Part shown: one piece after another, positions 35,702 through 45,831 of the stretch | Layout of the letters: every line of letters begins with the position of its first letter | Position numbering within the stretch: the first letter of the stretch is position 1 | NCBI GenBank assembly: GCA_049317705.1 | Contig: JBMOHT010000002.1 | Location: 2,862 to 66,861 of the forward strand | Reading direction: 5' to 3' | DNA: 64,000 nucleotides | DNA from: Bacteroidota bacterium | Lineage (GTDB): Bacteria > Bacteroidota > Ignavibacteria > UBA10030 > UBA8401 | Made by a program: the position numbers and the translations under genes | Notes under the pieces: generated by a model | What the model was told of the DNA's origin: nothing | The model's database searches: none | What the model saw: the letters and a program-made list of their open reading frames with translations, nothing else

Positions 35702-36877
35702 ATGTTGAATAATAGAAATATCATAATCTTTGGCGATGACTGGGGACGGTATCCGTCAACGATCCAGCATATCGGCAGGGTCTTTGCAGAAAAAAACAGA
35801 CTGCTGTGGATAGGATCTCTCGGATTACGTAAACCTGAATTTTCCCTTTACGATGTGAAAAGGATCTGGGAAAAAGGAAAAGGGATCCTGGCCGGTTCCG
35901 GTCCCGGTGAACAGAAAGTGAAGACCGCAAAGGATGTGACGGAGGTGTATCCGTTCATCATTCCGTTCCATGACAACGCGTTCATGTATTCGTTCAGCAT
36001 GCGGATGATCCGGAACAAGATCAGGAAGATCATGAGGTCGCAGGATTTCCGTGACCCGATCCTCATCACCGCTTCGCCGATCATGCACTCGCTCATCGGC
36101 GAACTGAATGAGACCTCCAGCCATTATCTCTGTCTGGATGATTTTACGCTGTTCGACGGAGCGTTCAAGACCCTGGGTGAGAAGGAACAGATCCTTGTCT
36201 CCAAGGTGGACAGCAGTTTCTCGATCTCCGAAAGCCTGATGGCGACGCGGCGGGTGAAGAGCAGACACAATTATTTCTTCCCGCAGGGTGTTGATACGAA
36301 ACACTTCTCTCCGTCAACGACGGAGATCCATCCGTCGGTCGCTTCCATCAAGCATCCGGTGATCGGCTTCTTCGGCATCATCACTACCTGGGTCGATGTG
36401 GAATTGATCGTTGAATGCGCAAAAGCATATCCGGAATATCAGTTCGTGATCCTCGGGAAGACGACGGTCGATCTGACGCTCTTTTCAACGATCCCGAACA
36501 TTCGTTACATTGGTCCTGTTCCGTTCGAGCATCTGCCGCAGTATGCGCGGATCTTCGATATCGGTATCATCCCGTTCGTCGTGAACGATCTGACGATCGC
36601 GTGCAATCCGTTGAAATTATTGGAGTATCTTTCACTGGGGATACCCGTTGTTTCGACCAATATGCCGGAAGTGAAGAAGATGGAGCCCAATGTCATTATC
36701 GCGGACTCCCGGGAGCAGTTCGTTGCCTCCATCCGAACCGCTGTGTCATCGATCTCTGAACAGGGGAACGCGGCACGCCGCATTTTCGCGGAGAAATATT
36801 CGTGGAGATCGATCGCAGAAGATATTTCAAACAAGATCATGGAAATTGAAGAAGAAAAGAAAGTAAAGAAGTCCTGA
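35702..36877 (+). CDS. Glycosyltransferase (GT-B fold, GT1/GT4-like)
   Basis: The ATG at 35702 gives MLNNRNIIIFGDDWGRYPS. The C-terminal half has IGFFGII..., FVILG, and the E-containing motif NPLKLLEYLSLGIPVVST. Confidence 0.7.
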   Translation: MLNNRNIIIFGDDWGRYPSTIQHIGRVFAEKNRLLWIGSLGLRKPEFSLYDVKRIWEKGKGILAGSGPGEQKVKTAKDVTEVYPFIIPFHDNAFMYSFSMRMIRNKIRKIMRSQDFRDPILITASPIMHSLIGELNETSSHYLCLDDFTLFDGAFKTLGEKEQILVSKVDSSFSISESLMATRRVKSRHNYFFPQGVDTKHFSPSTTEIHPSVASIKHPVIGFFGIITTWVDVELIVECAKAYPEYQFVILGKTTVDLTLFSTIPNIRYIGPVPFEHLPQYARIFDIGIIPFVVNDLTIACNPLKLLEYLSLGIPVVSTNMPEVKKMEPNVIIADSREQFVASIRTAVSSISEQGNAARRIFAEKYSWRSIAEDISNKIMEIEEEKKVKKS

Positions 36878-38052
36878 TGAAGATATTGTTCCCGTATATG
36901 GCCCGTTGGAGTTCTGCTCACGCTTCGCGGTATTACCACCTGCTGATGAATGTTGCCGAAATGGGGCATACAGTGTATGTTCTTCAACCGCCGTCACGCG
37001 GTTCCTCCGAAGCGAATGATATCGATGTCGTTCTTCAGTCCCATCCGAACGTTCATGTCATCACGGTGGAGATCAATAAGTCATTCTGGAGTGCTGATTT
37101 CCCGATGGAGAAGCTCATCAAGAAGATGTACTTCTCCGTGAAAGGACGATCGGTTCTTCGTTCGCTGGTGAAGAAGGAACGGATCGACCTCATCTATGTC
37201 TATAACCTGCCGCAGTTTCTCTATCTTATCGGAAAACCGGCGAATGTCGTTTTCGATCTTGCGGACGATCTGCTCGGGATGCTGAAGACAGAACTCTCCA
37301 TCACGGAACGGCATCCTCTTTACCGGCTTTCGAAATACTGTCTTGAGTGGATGATGAGAAAATCCGAGATGGTGATCTGCATTTCGGGACCGTTATTCGA
37401 AACGATCCATCATCCGAAAAAATTCCTTATCCCGAACGGTTCGCGGATCAAGCATCTCTTTGAATCTGAACCGTCGGAAGAGAAGAAGAAGCGTGTCCGT
37501 CCGGTCGTGGGATATGTCGGAGCATTTGAGTATTCCATGGCGCTGGACCAGGCGATCGATGCCGCTGCGGGGATGCCGGATGTCGATTTTGTCCTGATCG
37601 GTGCCGGGCGTGAATTTCCGAGGATCCAGAAGAAAGTGAACGATCTGAAATTGACCAATGTAACACTGACCGGCGCATTGCCGCATGATAAAGCAATGAA
37701 GATCGTATCGGAAATGGATATCTGTCTGAATCTGTTCAACAAGACGGATGTTTCCCATGCGGTCTCGCCGTTGAAACTGTTCGAATATCTTTCTCTCCAC
37801 CGGCCGGTGATCAGTACACGGCTGAAAGAGGTCGAACGGATCAATAAAGATTTCCTGTACTTCGCCGACACGGTGGACGAGTTGACGGAGCAGATCCGCT
37901 ACATCATCGCTCATAGAGAAGAAGCGGCGGAGAAGACCCAGCGGGGATATGAAGTGACTGTCACGGATTTTTCCTGGACCACCATTGCAAAGAATTTTAT
38001 CGATGCAGTCTATGCATCAACATCCATCTCGAGAGGTTCAAGTACGAAATGA
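36877..38052 (+). CDS. Glycosyltransferase family 4 (GT-B)
   Basis: VGYVGAF..., FVLIGAG, SPLKLFEYLSLHRPVIST. The start overlaps the upstream stop (TGATG). Confidence 0.78.
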   Translation: MKILFPYMARWSSAHASRYYHLLMNVAEMGHTVYVLQPPSRGSSEANDIDVVLQSHPNVHVITVEINKSFWSADFPMEKLIKKMYFSVKGRSVLRSLVKKERIDLIYVYNLPQFLYLIGKPANVVFDLADDLLGMLKTELSITERHPLYRLSKYCLEWMMRKSEMVICISGPLFETIHHPKKFLIPNGSRIKHLFESEPSEEKKKRVRPVVGYVGAFEYSMALDQAIDAAAGMPDVDFVLIGAGREFPRIQKKVNDLKLTNVTLTGALPHDKAMKIVSEMDICLNLFNKTDVSHAVSPLKLFEYLSLHRPVISTRLKEVERINKDFLYFADTVDELTEQIRYIIAHREEAAEKTQRGYEVTVTDFSWTTIAKNFIDAVYASTSISRGSSTK

Positions 38053-39191
38053 AGAAAAAGATTTCCCTGATATTCGGAACACGGCCGGAAGCGATCAAAC
38101 TTGCACCGATCGTGCTGGCATTGAAGAACGATCCAAGATTCATCACGGAAGTGTGTGTGACGGCGCAGCACCGTTCGATGCTCGATCAGGTGCTGGAGAT
38201 CTTCGGTATCGTTCCCGATACGGACCTTAACATCATGAGACCGAATCAGTCGCTCGCGGAGATCACATCCAACGCGATCGCGAGTATCGACGGTTATCTG
38301 AAAGAGTCCAAACCGGACCTTGTAGTGGTGCAGGGTGATACAACGACCGTGCTTGCCGCTTCGCTGGCAAGTTTCTATCACCGCATTCCCGTTGCACATG
38401 TCGAAGCGGGACTGAGGACCAACAATAAATATTCTCCGTTTCCGGAAGAGATCAACCGGGTCCTGACCACGCGCGTTGCGGAACTGCATTTTGCACCGAC
38501 GGACCTCTCACGCGAGAATCTGCGGCGCGAATTGGTGCCGGAAGGAAGCATCTTCGTCACCGGTAATACTGTTATCGATGCTCTGCTGATCGCGAAGACA
38601 AAAGTGCTGGCGCAGCCGCCGCACGTTCCGGGATTGACCGATGAACTGTTCAACAGCACAGAACCGGTGGTGCTCATTACCGGACACCGTCGAGAGAATT
38701 TCGGCGGAGGCTTTGAATCGATGTGTACTGCGATTGCGGAACTTTCCGAACGATTTCCGGACCATCGTTTCATCTATCCTGTCCATCTGAATCCGAACGT
38801 GAGAGAGCCGGTCTTCAGACTGCTCGGCAACCGCCCGAATGTTGTGTTGATCGAACCGCTGAGTTATCTTCCCTTTGTCCGTCTCATGCTCCGGTCGAAA
38901 TTGATCCTCACCGATTCCGGCGGGATCCAGGAGGAGGCACCGACCTTCGGAATTCCGGTGCTGGTGATGAGGGATACGACGGAACGGCCCGAAGGGATCG
39001 CATCCGGAACAGTGAAACTTGTCGGCACGGACCGGGAAATGATCGTCTCGACCGTTTCCGGTCTTTTATCGGATGAACAGGCATACCGCACGATGGCCTC
39101 AGCCGCGAATCCATACGGCGACGGCAGATCGACGGAGCGGATCATCGGACATATCGCTCAATTTTTTGGCATCAATCAGGCATCGAAATGA
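38049..39191 (+). CDS. wecB: UDP-N-acetylglucosamine 2-epimerase (non-hydrolysing)
   Basis: FGTRPEAIKLAPI, VQGDTTT, HVEAGLRT, PEEINR, TDSGGIQEEAP. Confidence 0.93.
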   Translation: MKKKISLIFGTRPEAIKLAPIVLALKNDPRFITEVCVTAQHRSMLDQVLEIFGIVPDTDLNIMRPNQSLAEITSNAIASIDGYLKESKPDLVVVQGDTTTVLAASLASFYHRIPVAHVEAGLRTNNKYSPFPEEINRVLTTRVAELHFAPTDLSRENLRRELVPEGSIFVTGNTVIDALLIAKTKVLAQPPHVPGLTDELFNSTEPVVLITGHRRENFGGGFESMCTAIAELSERFPDHRFIYPVHLNPNVREPVFRLLGNRPNVVLIEPLSYLPFVRLMLRSKLILTDSGGIQEEAPTFGIPVLVMRDTTERPEGIASGTVKLVGTDREMIVSTVSGLLSDEQAYRTMASAANPYGDGRSTERIIGHIAQFFGINQASK

Positions 39192-40186
39192 ACATTGCAA
39201 TTACTGGGGATTCCGGATTCATCGGTTCGTATCTGACGAAAGTGCTCGAACAGCATGGCCACACACTCGCGGGGATCGATCTCAATCCGGAGAAGAAGAC
39301 TACCGTACGTTATCCATTCGTTACGGGTGATATCCTTGACCGCTCCGCTTTGGACAAACTGCCGAAGGGGATAGATTGTATCATCCATCTGGCGGCGGCC
39401 CATAAGGACTTCGGGATCACCAAAGAAGGATACTATTCCGTGAATGTCGACGGCATGCGGTCGCTGCTGAACTTCGCATCAGAGAACGGGATAAAAAAGT
39501 TCATGTTCTACAGCACCGTAGCCGTATACGGGAACAATCAGCCCTCCACCGAAGTGACCCCGCCTGCACCGGTGAATCATTACGGTGGTTCCAAACTGGA
39601 GGCGGAAAAGGTCCTTCAGAAATGGACGGCGGAAGATCCTACCCGCGAGACGGTGATCATCCGGCCGTCGGTCGTATTCGGTCCGCTGAATGTTGCGAAT
39701 ATCTTCAAGCTGATCAAGCAGGTATGCGATGGAAAGTTCCTTTGGGTAGGGGACGGAAAGAATATTAAATCGATCGCCTACGTGGAGAATCTCGTCGACG
39801 CGACCGTGTTCCTGCTGGACCGGATGAGCCCCGGCTGCAATACATACAATTATTCGGATGAACCGCATCTGGAGACGAAGCAGCTTGTCGGCATCATTTC
39901 GTCAGTCTCCGGTAAGAGTGTTTCATCGTTCCATTTTCCGTTGAGTCTTGCGCTGTTCGGAGCACGGATCATCGATGTTGCCGGGAGGATCACGGGCTAC
40001 GATTTTCCGATCACGGCTGCACGGATCGAGAAATTCAATACCTCCACCGAGCACCGCTCCGGGAAGATCCGCGCACTCGGGTTCCGTCCTTCGCATACTA
40101 TTGAAGAGGGTATCCGGAGGAACGTGGAATGGTATTTTTCCCGAAAGAATGAGATACACTTGAATGTGGAAACAGGCGGCGAATGA
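39188..40186 (+). CDS. NAD-dependent sugar epimerase/dehydratase (SDR family)
   Basis: ITGDSGFIGSYL Rossmann motif and YGGSKLEAE (YxxxK). ATGA overlap. Confidence 0.8.
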   Translation: MNIAITGDSGFIGSYLTKVLEQHGHTLAGIDLNPEKKTTVRYPFVTGDILDRSALDKLPKGIDCIIHLAAAHKDFGITKEGYYSVNVDGMRSLLNFASENGIKKFMFYSTVAVYGNNQPSTEVTPPAPVNHYGGSKLEAEKVLQKWTAEDPTRETVIIRPSVVFGPLNVANIFKLIKQVCDGKFLWVGDGKNIKSIAYVENLVDATVFLLDRMSPGCNTYNYSDEPHLETKQLVGIISSVSGKSVSSFHFPLSLALFGARIIDVAGRITGYDFPITAARIEKFNTSTEHRSGKIRALGFRPSHTIEEGIRRNVEWYFSRKNEIHLNVETGGE

Positions 40187-41565
40187 AACAATTCGAACGA
40201 AAAATAATCCTGTTTGATTTCTTCGCGGTCAATCTCGCGTGGATCTGCTATTATTTACTGCGAGTGGAAGGTCAAATCGTCGTCTATCAGGCGAAGCCGG
40301 ATCTGCTCATGCCGATGGCGATCATGTATCTCTTTTGGCTTTCGGTGTTCATGTTCTTTGGACTCTACCGTGCTTGGTATGCAAAATCAAGGACGGATGA
40401 ATTTGCCGCAGTGTTCAGAGCCATATCCCTCGGCTGCATTGGACTGTTCTTCATCATCTTCTTTGATGATGAACGCAACGCCACATATTCTGCTAACCGA
40501 TCGATCATTGCGATGTATTGGGTGCTGATGGTGCTGTTCGTGGGTGTCGGAAGGATCGTCATCCGCAGTTTCCGGAAACGGCTGCTGCAGCGCGGCATCG
40601 GACAAAGCGAAACGGTCATCATCGGCATCGGACCGAAAGCCCTCGAGCTATACGAATCCGTGCGTATGTATCCGGCGCTTGGGTATAAGATCACAGGTTT
40701 CATATCACTCGATGATTCAAGGACGGAGATGCCGATGCCGATCCTGGGTGATGTCTCTCATCTTCCCGAATTGATCGAAAAGAATAACCTCAGGATCATT
40801 CTGATCGCGTTGGATACTCAGCAGCGCGATGTCGTTCTGAATATCGTTTCCCTTTCAACAGGACATGATGTATCGATCAAGATCATCCCCGATATGTATG
40901 ACATCGTTTCGGGTCAGGCACGGACGAATCAGATCTATGGATTCCCTCTGATCGAGATCATGCCGCACATTATGCAGCCATGGGAAGAGAGTGCAAAACG
41001 TCTGGTGGATATCATTGCATCAGTGATCATCCTTACACTGTCATCACCGCTGTGGATCTTCACCGCCGCGGCGATCAAATTGAACTCACCCGGTCCGCTC
41101 GTCTACAGTCAGGAACGGGTGGGGAAGAATGGTAAACTTTTCCGGATGCACAAGTTCCGCTCCATGTATCAGGATGCGGAATCGCGCTCCGGTCCGGTCT
41201 GGGCAACATCGAACGATCCCAGGATCACGTCTGTCGGGAGGTTCCTTCGGAAAACACGGCTGGATGAGATCCCTCAATTCTTCGATGTTGTGCGGGGAGA
41301 CATGAGTCTTGTCGGACCGCGGCCCGAGCGTCCGCATTTTGTGGAGATGCTGTCGAAAGAAATTCCTCTCTACAAAAGAAGACTTTCCGTGAAGCCCGGC
41401 ATTACCGGATGGGCCCAGATCAAACAGGGATACGATACATCAATCGATGATGTTAAATCGAAGGTTCGCTACGATCTTTTTTATATTGAAAACATGTCAT
41501 TCAGAATGGATATCAAGATTCTGTTAATGACCATTTACGTCATGTTAGCAGGCAAAGGTAACTAA
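40183..41565 (+). CDS. Polyprenyl-phosphate phosphoglycosyl transferase (WbaP-like, large PGT)
   Basis: N-terminal TM block, central Rossmann-like domain, and an intact catalytic domain: KRLVDII..., SPGPLVYSQERVGKNGKLFRMHKFRSM, LDEIPQFFDVVRGDMSLVGPRPERP, KPGITGWAQ. Confidence 0.9.
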   Translation: MKQFERKIILFDFFAVNLAWICYYLLRVEGQIVVYQAKPDLLMPMAIMYLFWLSVFMFFGLYRAWYAKSRTDEFAAVFRAISLGCIGLFFIIFFDDERNATYSANRSIIAMYWVLMVLFVGVGRIVIRSFRKRLLQRGIGQSETVIIGIGPKALELYESVRMYPALGYKITGFISLDDSRTEMPMPILGDVSHLPELIEKNNLRIILIALDTQQRDVVLNIVSLSTGHDVSIKIIPDMYDIVSGQARTNQIYGFPLIEIMPHIMQPWEESAKRLVDIIASVIILTLSSPLWIFTAAAIKLNSPGPLVYSQERVGKNGKLFRMHKFRSMYQDAESRSGPVWATSNDPRITSVGRFLRKTRLDEIPQFFDVVRGDMSLVGPRPERPHFVEMLSKEIPLYKRRLSVKPGITGWAQIKQGYDTSIDDVKSKVRYDLFYIENMSFRMDIKILLMTIYVMLAGKGN

Positions 41566-42281
41566 TGTCAAAAGCACTCGTCATTATCCCAACGTATAAT
41601 GAAGCTCAGAATGCTGAGAAGATCATCAATGAGGTCCTTCTGCAGACCGATATCGTCGAAGTGTTGATCGTTGATGATAATTCGCCGGATGGGACGGCGG
41701 AGATCGTCAAAAAGATGATGGACACCAATAAACGTATCCACATCCTTCAGCGTGAGCGGAAGATGGGACTTGGAACGGCATATGTTGCCGGATTCAAATA
41801 TGCGATCGAGCGGAAATTCGATTTCATCTTTGAAATGGATGCCGATTTCTCTCACAACCCCAAAGAGATCCCCATCATGCTCTCCAAGATGGATGAGTGC
41901 GACGTGCTGATCGGTTCCCGCTACGTGAAAGGTGTGAATGTGGTGAACTGGCCGATGAAACGTCTCATCCTCAGTTATTCAGCAAATATCTATACACGCA
42001 TCATCACCGGAATGCCCATCCACGATGCGACGGCAGGATTCAAATGCTATAAACGAAAGGTCCTTGAAACGATCAATATCGATTCACTCCGTTCCAACGG
42101 TTATGCATTCCAGATCGAGACGAATTTTCTCGCATATAAAAAAGGATTCAAACTGATGGAAATGCCGATCGTATTCGTTGATCGTCGTGTCGGCGTCTCC
42201 AAGATGAACAAAAAGATCGTGTATGAAGCCGCATTCATGGTATGGAAACTGAAAGCACGCAGCATCTTCAATAAGCTGTAA
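41565..42281 (+). CDS. Polyprenol-phosphate mannosyl/glycosyl transferase (Dpm1/GtrB-like GT2)
   Basis: LVIIPTYNEAQN, IVDDNSPDGT, MDADFSHNP, GFKCY. TAATG overlap with the upstream gene. Confidence 0.85.
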   Translation: MSKALVIIPTYNEAQNAEKIINEVLLQTDIVEVLIVDDNSPDGTAEIVKKMMDTNKRIHILQRERKMGLGTAYVAGFKYAIERKFDFIFEMDADFSHNPKEIPIMLSKMDECDVLIGSRYVKGVNVVNWPMKRLILSYSANIYTRIITGMPIHDATAGFKCYKRKVLETINIDSLRSNGYAFQIETNFLAYKKGFKLMEMPIVFVDRRVGVSKMNKKIVYEAAFMVWKLKARSIFNKL

Positions 42282-42290
42282 CATAACCGC

Positions 42291-44276
42291 ATGGACATTT
42301 CTGTCGTCATCGTCAATTATAATGTCCGGGAATTCCTGAACAACGCACTCATTTCACTGTTCAAGTCCCTGGAAGGATATTCCTCCGAAGTGTTCGTTGT
42401 GGACAATGCATCGGATGACGGCAGCGTTGAACTCGTACAGAAGAATTTTCCGCAGGTCCATCTTATCGCCAACACCGGCAATGTCGGCTTTGCCAAAGCC
42501 AACAATCAGGCGCTTGCCCGCTCCACCGGAAAATACCTTCTTCTGCTCAATCCCGATACGCTCATTCAGGAAGACACGTTCGACAAACTGATAAAATTCT
42601 TCGAATCGCATTCTGAAGCCGGAATGGCGGGATGCAAGATACTGAATCCTGACGGGTCGCTCCAGCTGCCGTGCCGCAGAAGTTTCCCGACACCGTGGAC
42701 CGCGTTCACGAAGACATTCGGTCTCAGTGCACTCTTCCCGAAATCGAAGCTCTTTGCCCGTTATAATCTTACCTACCTCGATCCGGATGATACGTATGAA
42801 GTTGATGCTGTCAGCGGATCATTCATGATGGTTACCAGAGATGTCTATGCTAAGATCGGCGGCCTCGACGAGACCTTCTTTATGTACGGTGAGGATCTGG
42901 ATTGGTGCTTCCGTGTTCAACAGTCCGGATGGAAAGTGTATTATGTTCCCACAACGTCTATCATCCATTATAAAGGTGAGAGTACAAAACGGAGCGATAT
43001 CGACGAACTGAAAGTATTCTATAATGCGATGCGCCTCTTCGTCCGCAAACATCACACAGGCTCACCGGTGTTTGAATGGTTCATCTATTCCGGCATCTAC
43101 GTCCGGAAATTGATCGCGGATTCCGCACGCCTGTTCAAACCTGCGACCGTTGCGGTGCTGGATATGGCCATCGTTATTCTTACGATCCTGATCGGCGAAT
43201 ATGTCCGCAAAAATGGATTGTTCACTCTTCCTGCATATGCCTATCCGTGGGTGTTCGTTATTCCTGCGGGTATCGTATTCCTGTCGCTCCTGATCTACGG
43301 CGTCTATACGGAATTCAAACTCTCGGTGTCGCGGTCATTCGTTGCAGTGTTGACCGGATTCACGATCATTTCGGCCAGTGTAGCATTCGAAAAGGACTTT
43401 GCGTTCAGCAGAATGATCATGCTCATCTCCGGCGGATTGTCGCTGATCCTGATCCCGGGATGGCGGCTCGTGCTTCGCGTTCTTGGATTTGCGGAGAGGA
43501 CCTCACGAACAACATTATTCGGCAGAAGGACGCTGATCGTGGGTGTTCAGCAATCGGGACAAGATATACTTCAAAAGCTTCGAGCTAAGGTCGGCGGAGG
43601 ATATTCGGTTGTCGGTTTTGTGGATATCAACCGAAAACGGCTGGGTGAAAAAGTGCTCGATGTGGAGATTCTCGGAAGTGTTGATACCATCAACAGAACT
43701 GTACAGGAACACCACATCAGCGAAGTGATCTTCTCTTCCGATGCAGTTTCGTATTCCACGATCCTGAGCGTGATTGCCACTAACCGAAACCGGTTCGTGA
43801 ACTTCCGTCTCGTACCGAACAACCTTGAAGTGATCATCGGGAAGGCAAGTATCGACCAACTCGATCAACTGCCGTTCATTGAGATCGATTATAATATTAC
43901 AAACTTCGGGAATCGCGTTGTAAAACGCGGTTTTGACATCCTCTTCAGTCTTTTCTTTTTGATTTCCATTGCGCCTTTTGTATATTTTATCCGTGTTTTT
44001 TCGAAAAAGTCACTTATCGGACTCCATCGGATCGTTTCGCAGGTCCCATCGGTATTGACCGGTGCAAAAAGTGTCGTAGGCAGTTCTTCTGAGACGAAAA
44101 AGGACTTTTTCAGAGTAAAACCCGGTATCACCGGTCTGATACAGATCCAAAACGAGGTGGCATTGACTCCCGAAGAAAGGGAACAATACGATCTCTATTA
44201 TGCAAAGAACCAATCATTGATGCTGGACCTTGAGATCCTTGTGAAATCGATCCAGAGACGGTCAGCGCAAACGTAA
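42291..44276 (+). CDS. Fusion protein: GT2 glycosyltransferase + WbaP-like TM/Rossmann module + degenerate phosphoglycosyl-transferase domain
   Basis: N-terminus: [37 protein letters not shown] (intact GT2). Middle: about 4 TM helices, then [11 protein letters not shown]...VVGFVD. C-terminus: [12 protein letters not shown]..., [18 protein letters not shown]. The block that holds DEIPQ...VGPRP in the neighbouring PGT is shortened to [19 protein letters not shown]. Confidence 0.75.
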   Translation: MDISVVIVNYNVREFLNNALISLFKSLEGYSSEVFVVDNASDDGSVELVQKNFPQVHLIANTGNVGFAKANNQALARSTGKYLLLLNPDTLIQEDTFDKLIKFFESHSEAGMAGCKILNPDGSLQLPCRRSFPTPWTAFTKTFGLSALFPKSKLFARYNLTYLDPDDTYEVDAVSGSFMMVTRDVYAKIGGLDETFFMYGEDLDWCFRVQQSGWKVYYVPTTSIIHYKGESTKRSDIDELKVFYNAMRLFVRKHHTGSPVFEWFIYSGIYVRKLIADSARLFKPATVAVLDMAIVILTILIGEYVRKNGLFTLPAYAYPWVFVIPAGIVFLSLLIYGVYTEFKLSVSRSFVAVLTGFTIISASVAFEKDFAFSRMIMLISGGLSLILIPGWRLVLRVLGFAERTSRTTLFGRRTLIVGVQQSGQDILQKLRAKVGGGYSVVGFVDINRKRLGEKVLDVEILGSVDTINRTVQEHHISEVIFSSDAVSYSTILSVIATNRNRFVNFRLVPNNLEVIIGKASIDQLDQLPFIEIDYNITNFGNRVVKRGFDILFSLFFLISIAPFVYFIRVFSKKSLIGLHRIVSQVPSVLTGAKSVVGSSSETKKDFFRVKPGITGLIQIQNEVALTPEEREQYDLYYAKNQSLMLDLEILVKSIQRRSAQT

Positions 44277-44304
44277 GAATGTTCCGGAACCATTCGGAGA
44301 AACT

Positions 44305-45255
44305 ATGGCAAAAGTAGTACTGGAATTTGAAAAACCGATCTATGAGCTTGAACAGAAGATCGAAGAGATCAAGAATCTTTCCGAGAATGTCGATGTCTCC
44401 GATGAAGTGAAGACCCTTGAAAAGAAAGTGAGTCAGCTTCGTGAGAATATCTTCTCCAATCTGACCCGCTGGCAGCGTGTGCAATTGGCCCGTCATCCCG
44501 AACGTCCGTATACCCTCGATTATATCCAGAATATGACCACCGATTTCATCGAATTGCACGGCGACCGTGCATTCGGCGATGACAAAGCGATCGTCGGCGG
44601 TTTTGCCAAGTTGGACGGGATGCCGGTGATGATCATCGGTCATCAAAAAGGGCGCGATACTAAATCCAATCTCTACAGAAATTTCGGAATGCCGAACCCC
44701 GAAGGATACCGCAAGGCTCTCCGCTTAATGAAGTTGGCGGCAAAGTTCAACCGTCCGATCATCACTTTCCTCGATACCCCCGGTGCATATCCCGGACTCG
44801 AAGCAGAGGAGCGCGGTCAAGCGGAAGCGATCGCCCGCAATCTGTTCGAGATGTCCCATTTTCCGGTGCCGATCATTGTCGTGATCATCGGTGAAGGCGC
44901 ATCAGGCGGAGCGCTGGGGATCGGTGTCGGAGATAAAATGCTGATGCTGGAGAATACTTGGTATTCGGTTATCGCTCCTGAATCATGCTCATCAATCCTT
45001 TGGAAGAGCTGGGAATTCAAAGAACAGGCGGCCGAGGCACTTCGTCTTACACCTCCCGATCTGCTGGAACAAAAGATCATCGACCGTATCGTGCAGGAAC
45101 CGCAGGGAGGTGCTCACCGCAATCCTCAACAGGCGGCATTGATACTGAAGGATGCACTGGTCGAGGAATTGAAATCACTCATGAAGCTGAAACCCGAAAA
45201 ACTCGTCGAACGCAGGATCGAGAAATTCTGCAACATGGGCGCCTGGAATGAGTGA
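44305..45255 (+). CDS. accA: Acetyl-CoA carboxylase carboxyltransferase alpha subunit
   Basis: [46 protein letters not shown]. Confidence 0.95.
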   Translation: MAKVVLEFEKPIYELEQKIEEIKNLSENVDVSDEVKTLEKKVSQLRENIFSNLTRWQRVQLARHPERPYTLDYIQNMTTDFIELHGDRAFGDDKAIVGGFAKLDGMPVMIIGHQKGRDTKSNLYRNFGMPNPEGYRKALRLMKLAAKFNRPIITFLDTPGAYPGLEAEERGQAEAIARNLFEMSHFPVPIIVVIIGEGASGGALGIGVGDKMLMLENTWYSVIAPESCSSILWKSWEFKEQAAEALRLTPPDLLEQKIIDRIVQEPQGGAHRNPQQAALILKDALVEELKSLMKLKPEKLVERRIEKFCNMGAWNE

Positions 45256-45673
45256 GCGGGGAGTTTCGTTCACAACGGATATCCGCGTTCGGTATGCTGA
45301 GACGGACGGGATGAAGGTCGTCTACCACGGAAATTATCTTACCTACTTCGAAGAAGCACGGACCAATCTTTTCAGGAATATCGGTGTTGTCTATGCCGAG
45401 ATCGAACGCTCCGGTATCTATCTTGTCGTGACCGAAGCACATGTGAAGTACCGGCGCTCAGCACAGTATGACGAGATCATCCGCGTGCGGGCATCGCTCA
45501 ACGAGATTCCATCCATTAAGATCACGATCGATTACGAGATCACGCGTCAAAGCGATGGTGAAGTTCTGGTGACAGGACAGACCAGTCATGCATTCACCAA
45601 CGCTTCCTCCGGACGTCCGATCCGTCCGCCGCAGGAATATATGAACATCATGCAGAAATATTTCCCCTTATGA
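45248..45673 (+). CDS. Acyl-CoA thioesterase (YbgC/4HBT hotdog family)
   Basis: [27 protein letters not shown]. 141 aa. Confidence 0.8.
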   Translation: MSERGVSFTTDIRVRYAETDGMKVVYHGNYLTYFEEARTNLFRNIGVVYAEIERSGIYLVVTEAHVKYRRSAQYDEIIRVRASLNEIPSIKITIDYEITRQSDGEVLVTGQTSHAFTNASSGRPIRPPQEYMNIMQKYFPL

Positions 45674-45831
45674 TAAAACAAGACCTCCTTGAGATCATCT
45701 GCTGCCCCGCATGCAGAGCTGAATTGCGCTATGACGAACAGCAGTCGACCTTGACCTGCACGAAATGCAATACCGTGTATGAAGTGAAAGACGGTATTCC
45801 CATCCTTCTTCCGAAGACCGATGGAAAATAA
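45670..45831 (+). CDS. Trm112/UPF0434 (YcaR-like) small zinc-ribbon protein, absent from the supplied ORF track
   Basis: My manual translation is [53 protein letters not shown] (53 aa). It has the CPxC...CxxC pattern and a GIPILL motif. ATGA overlap upstream and an 11-nt overlap with nadC downstream. Confidence 0.7.
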   Translation: MIKQDLLEIICCPACRAELRYDEQQSTLTCTKCNTVYEVKDGIPILLPKTDGK

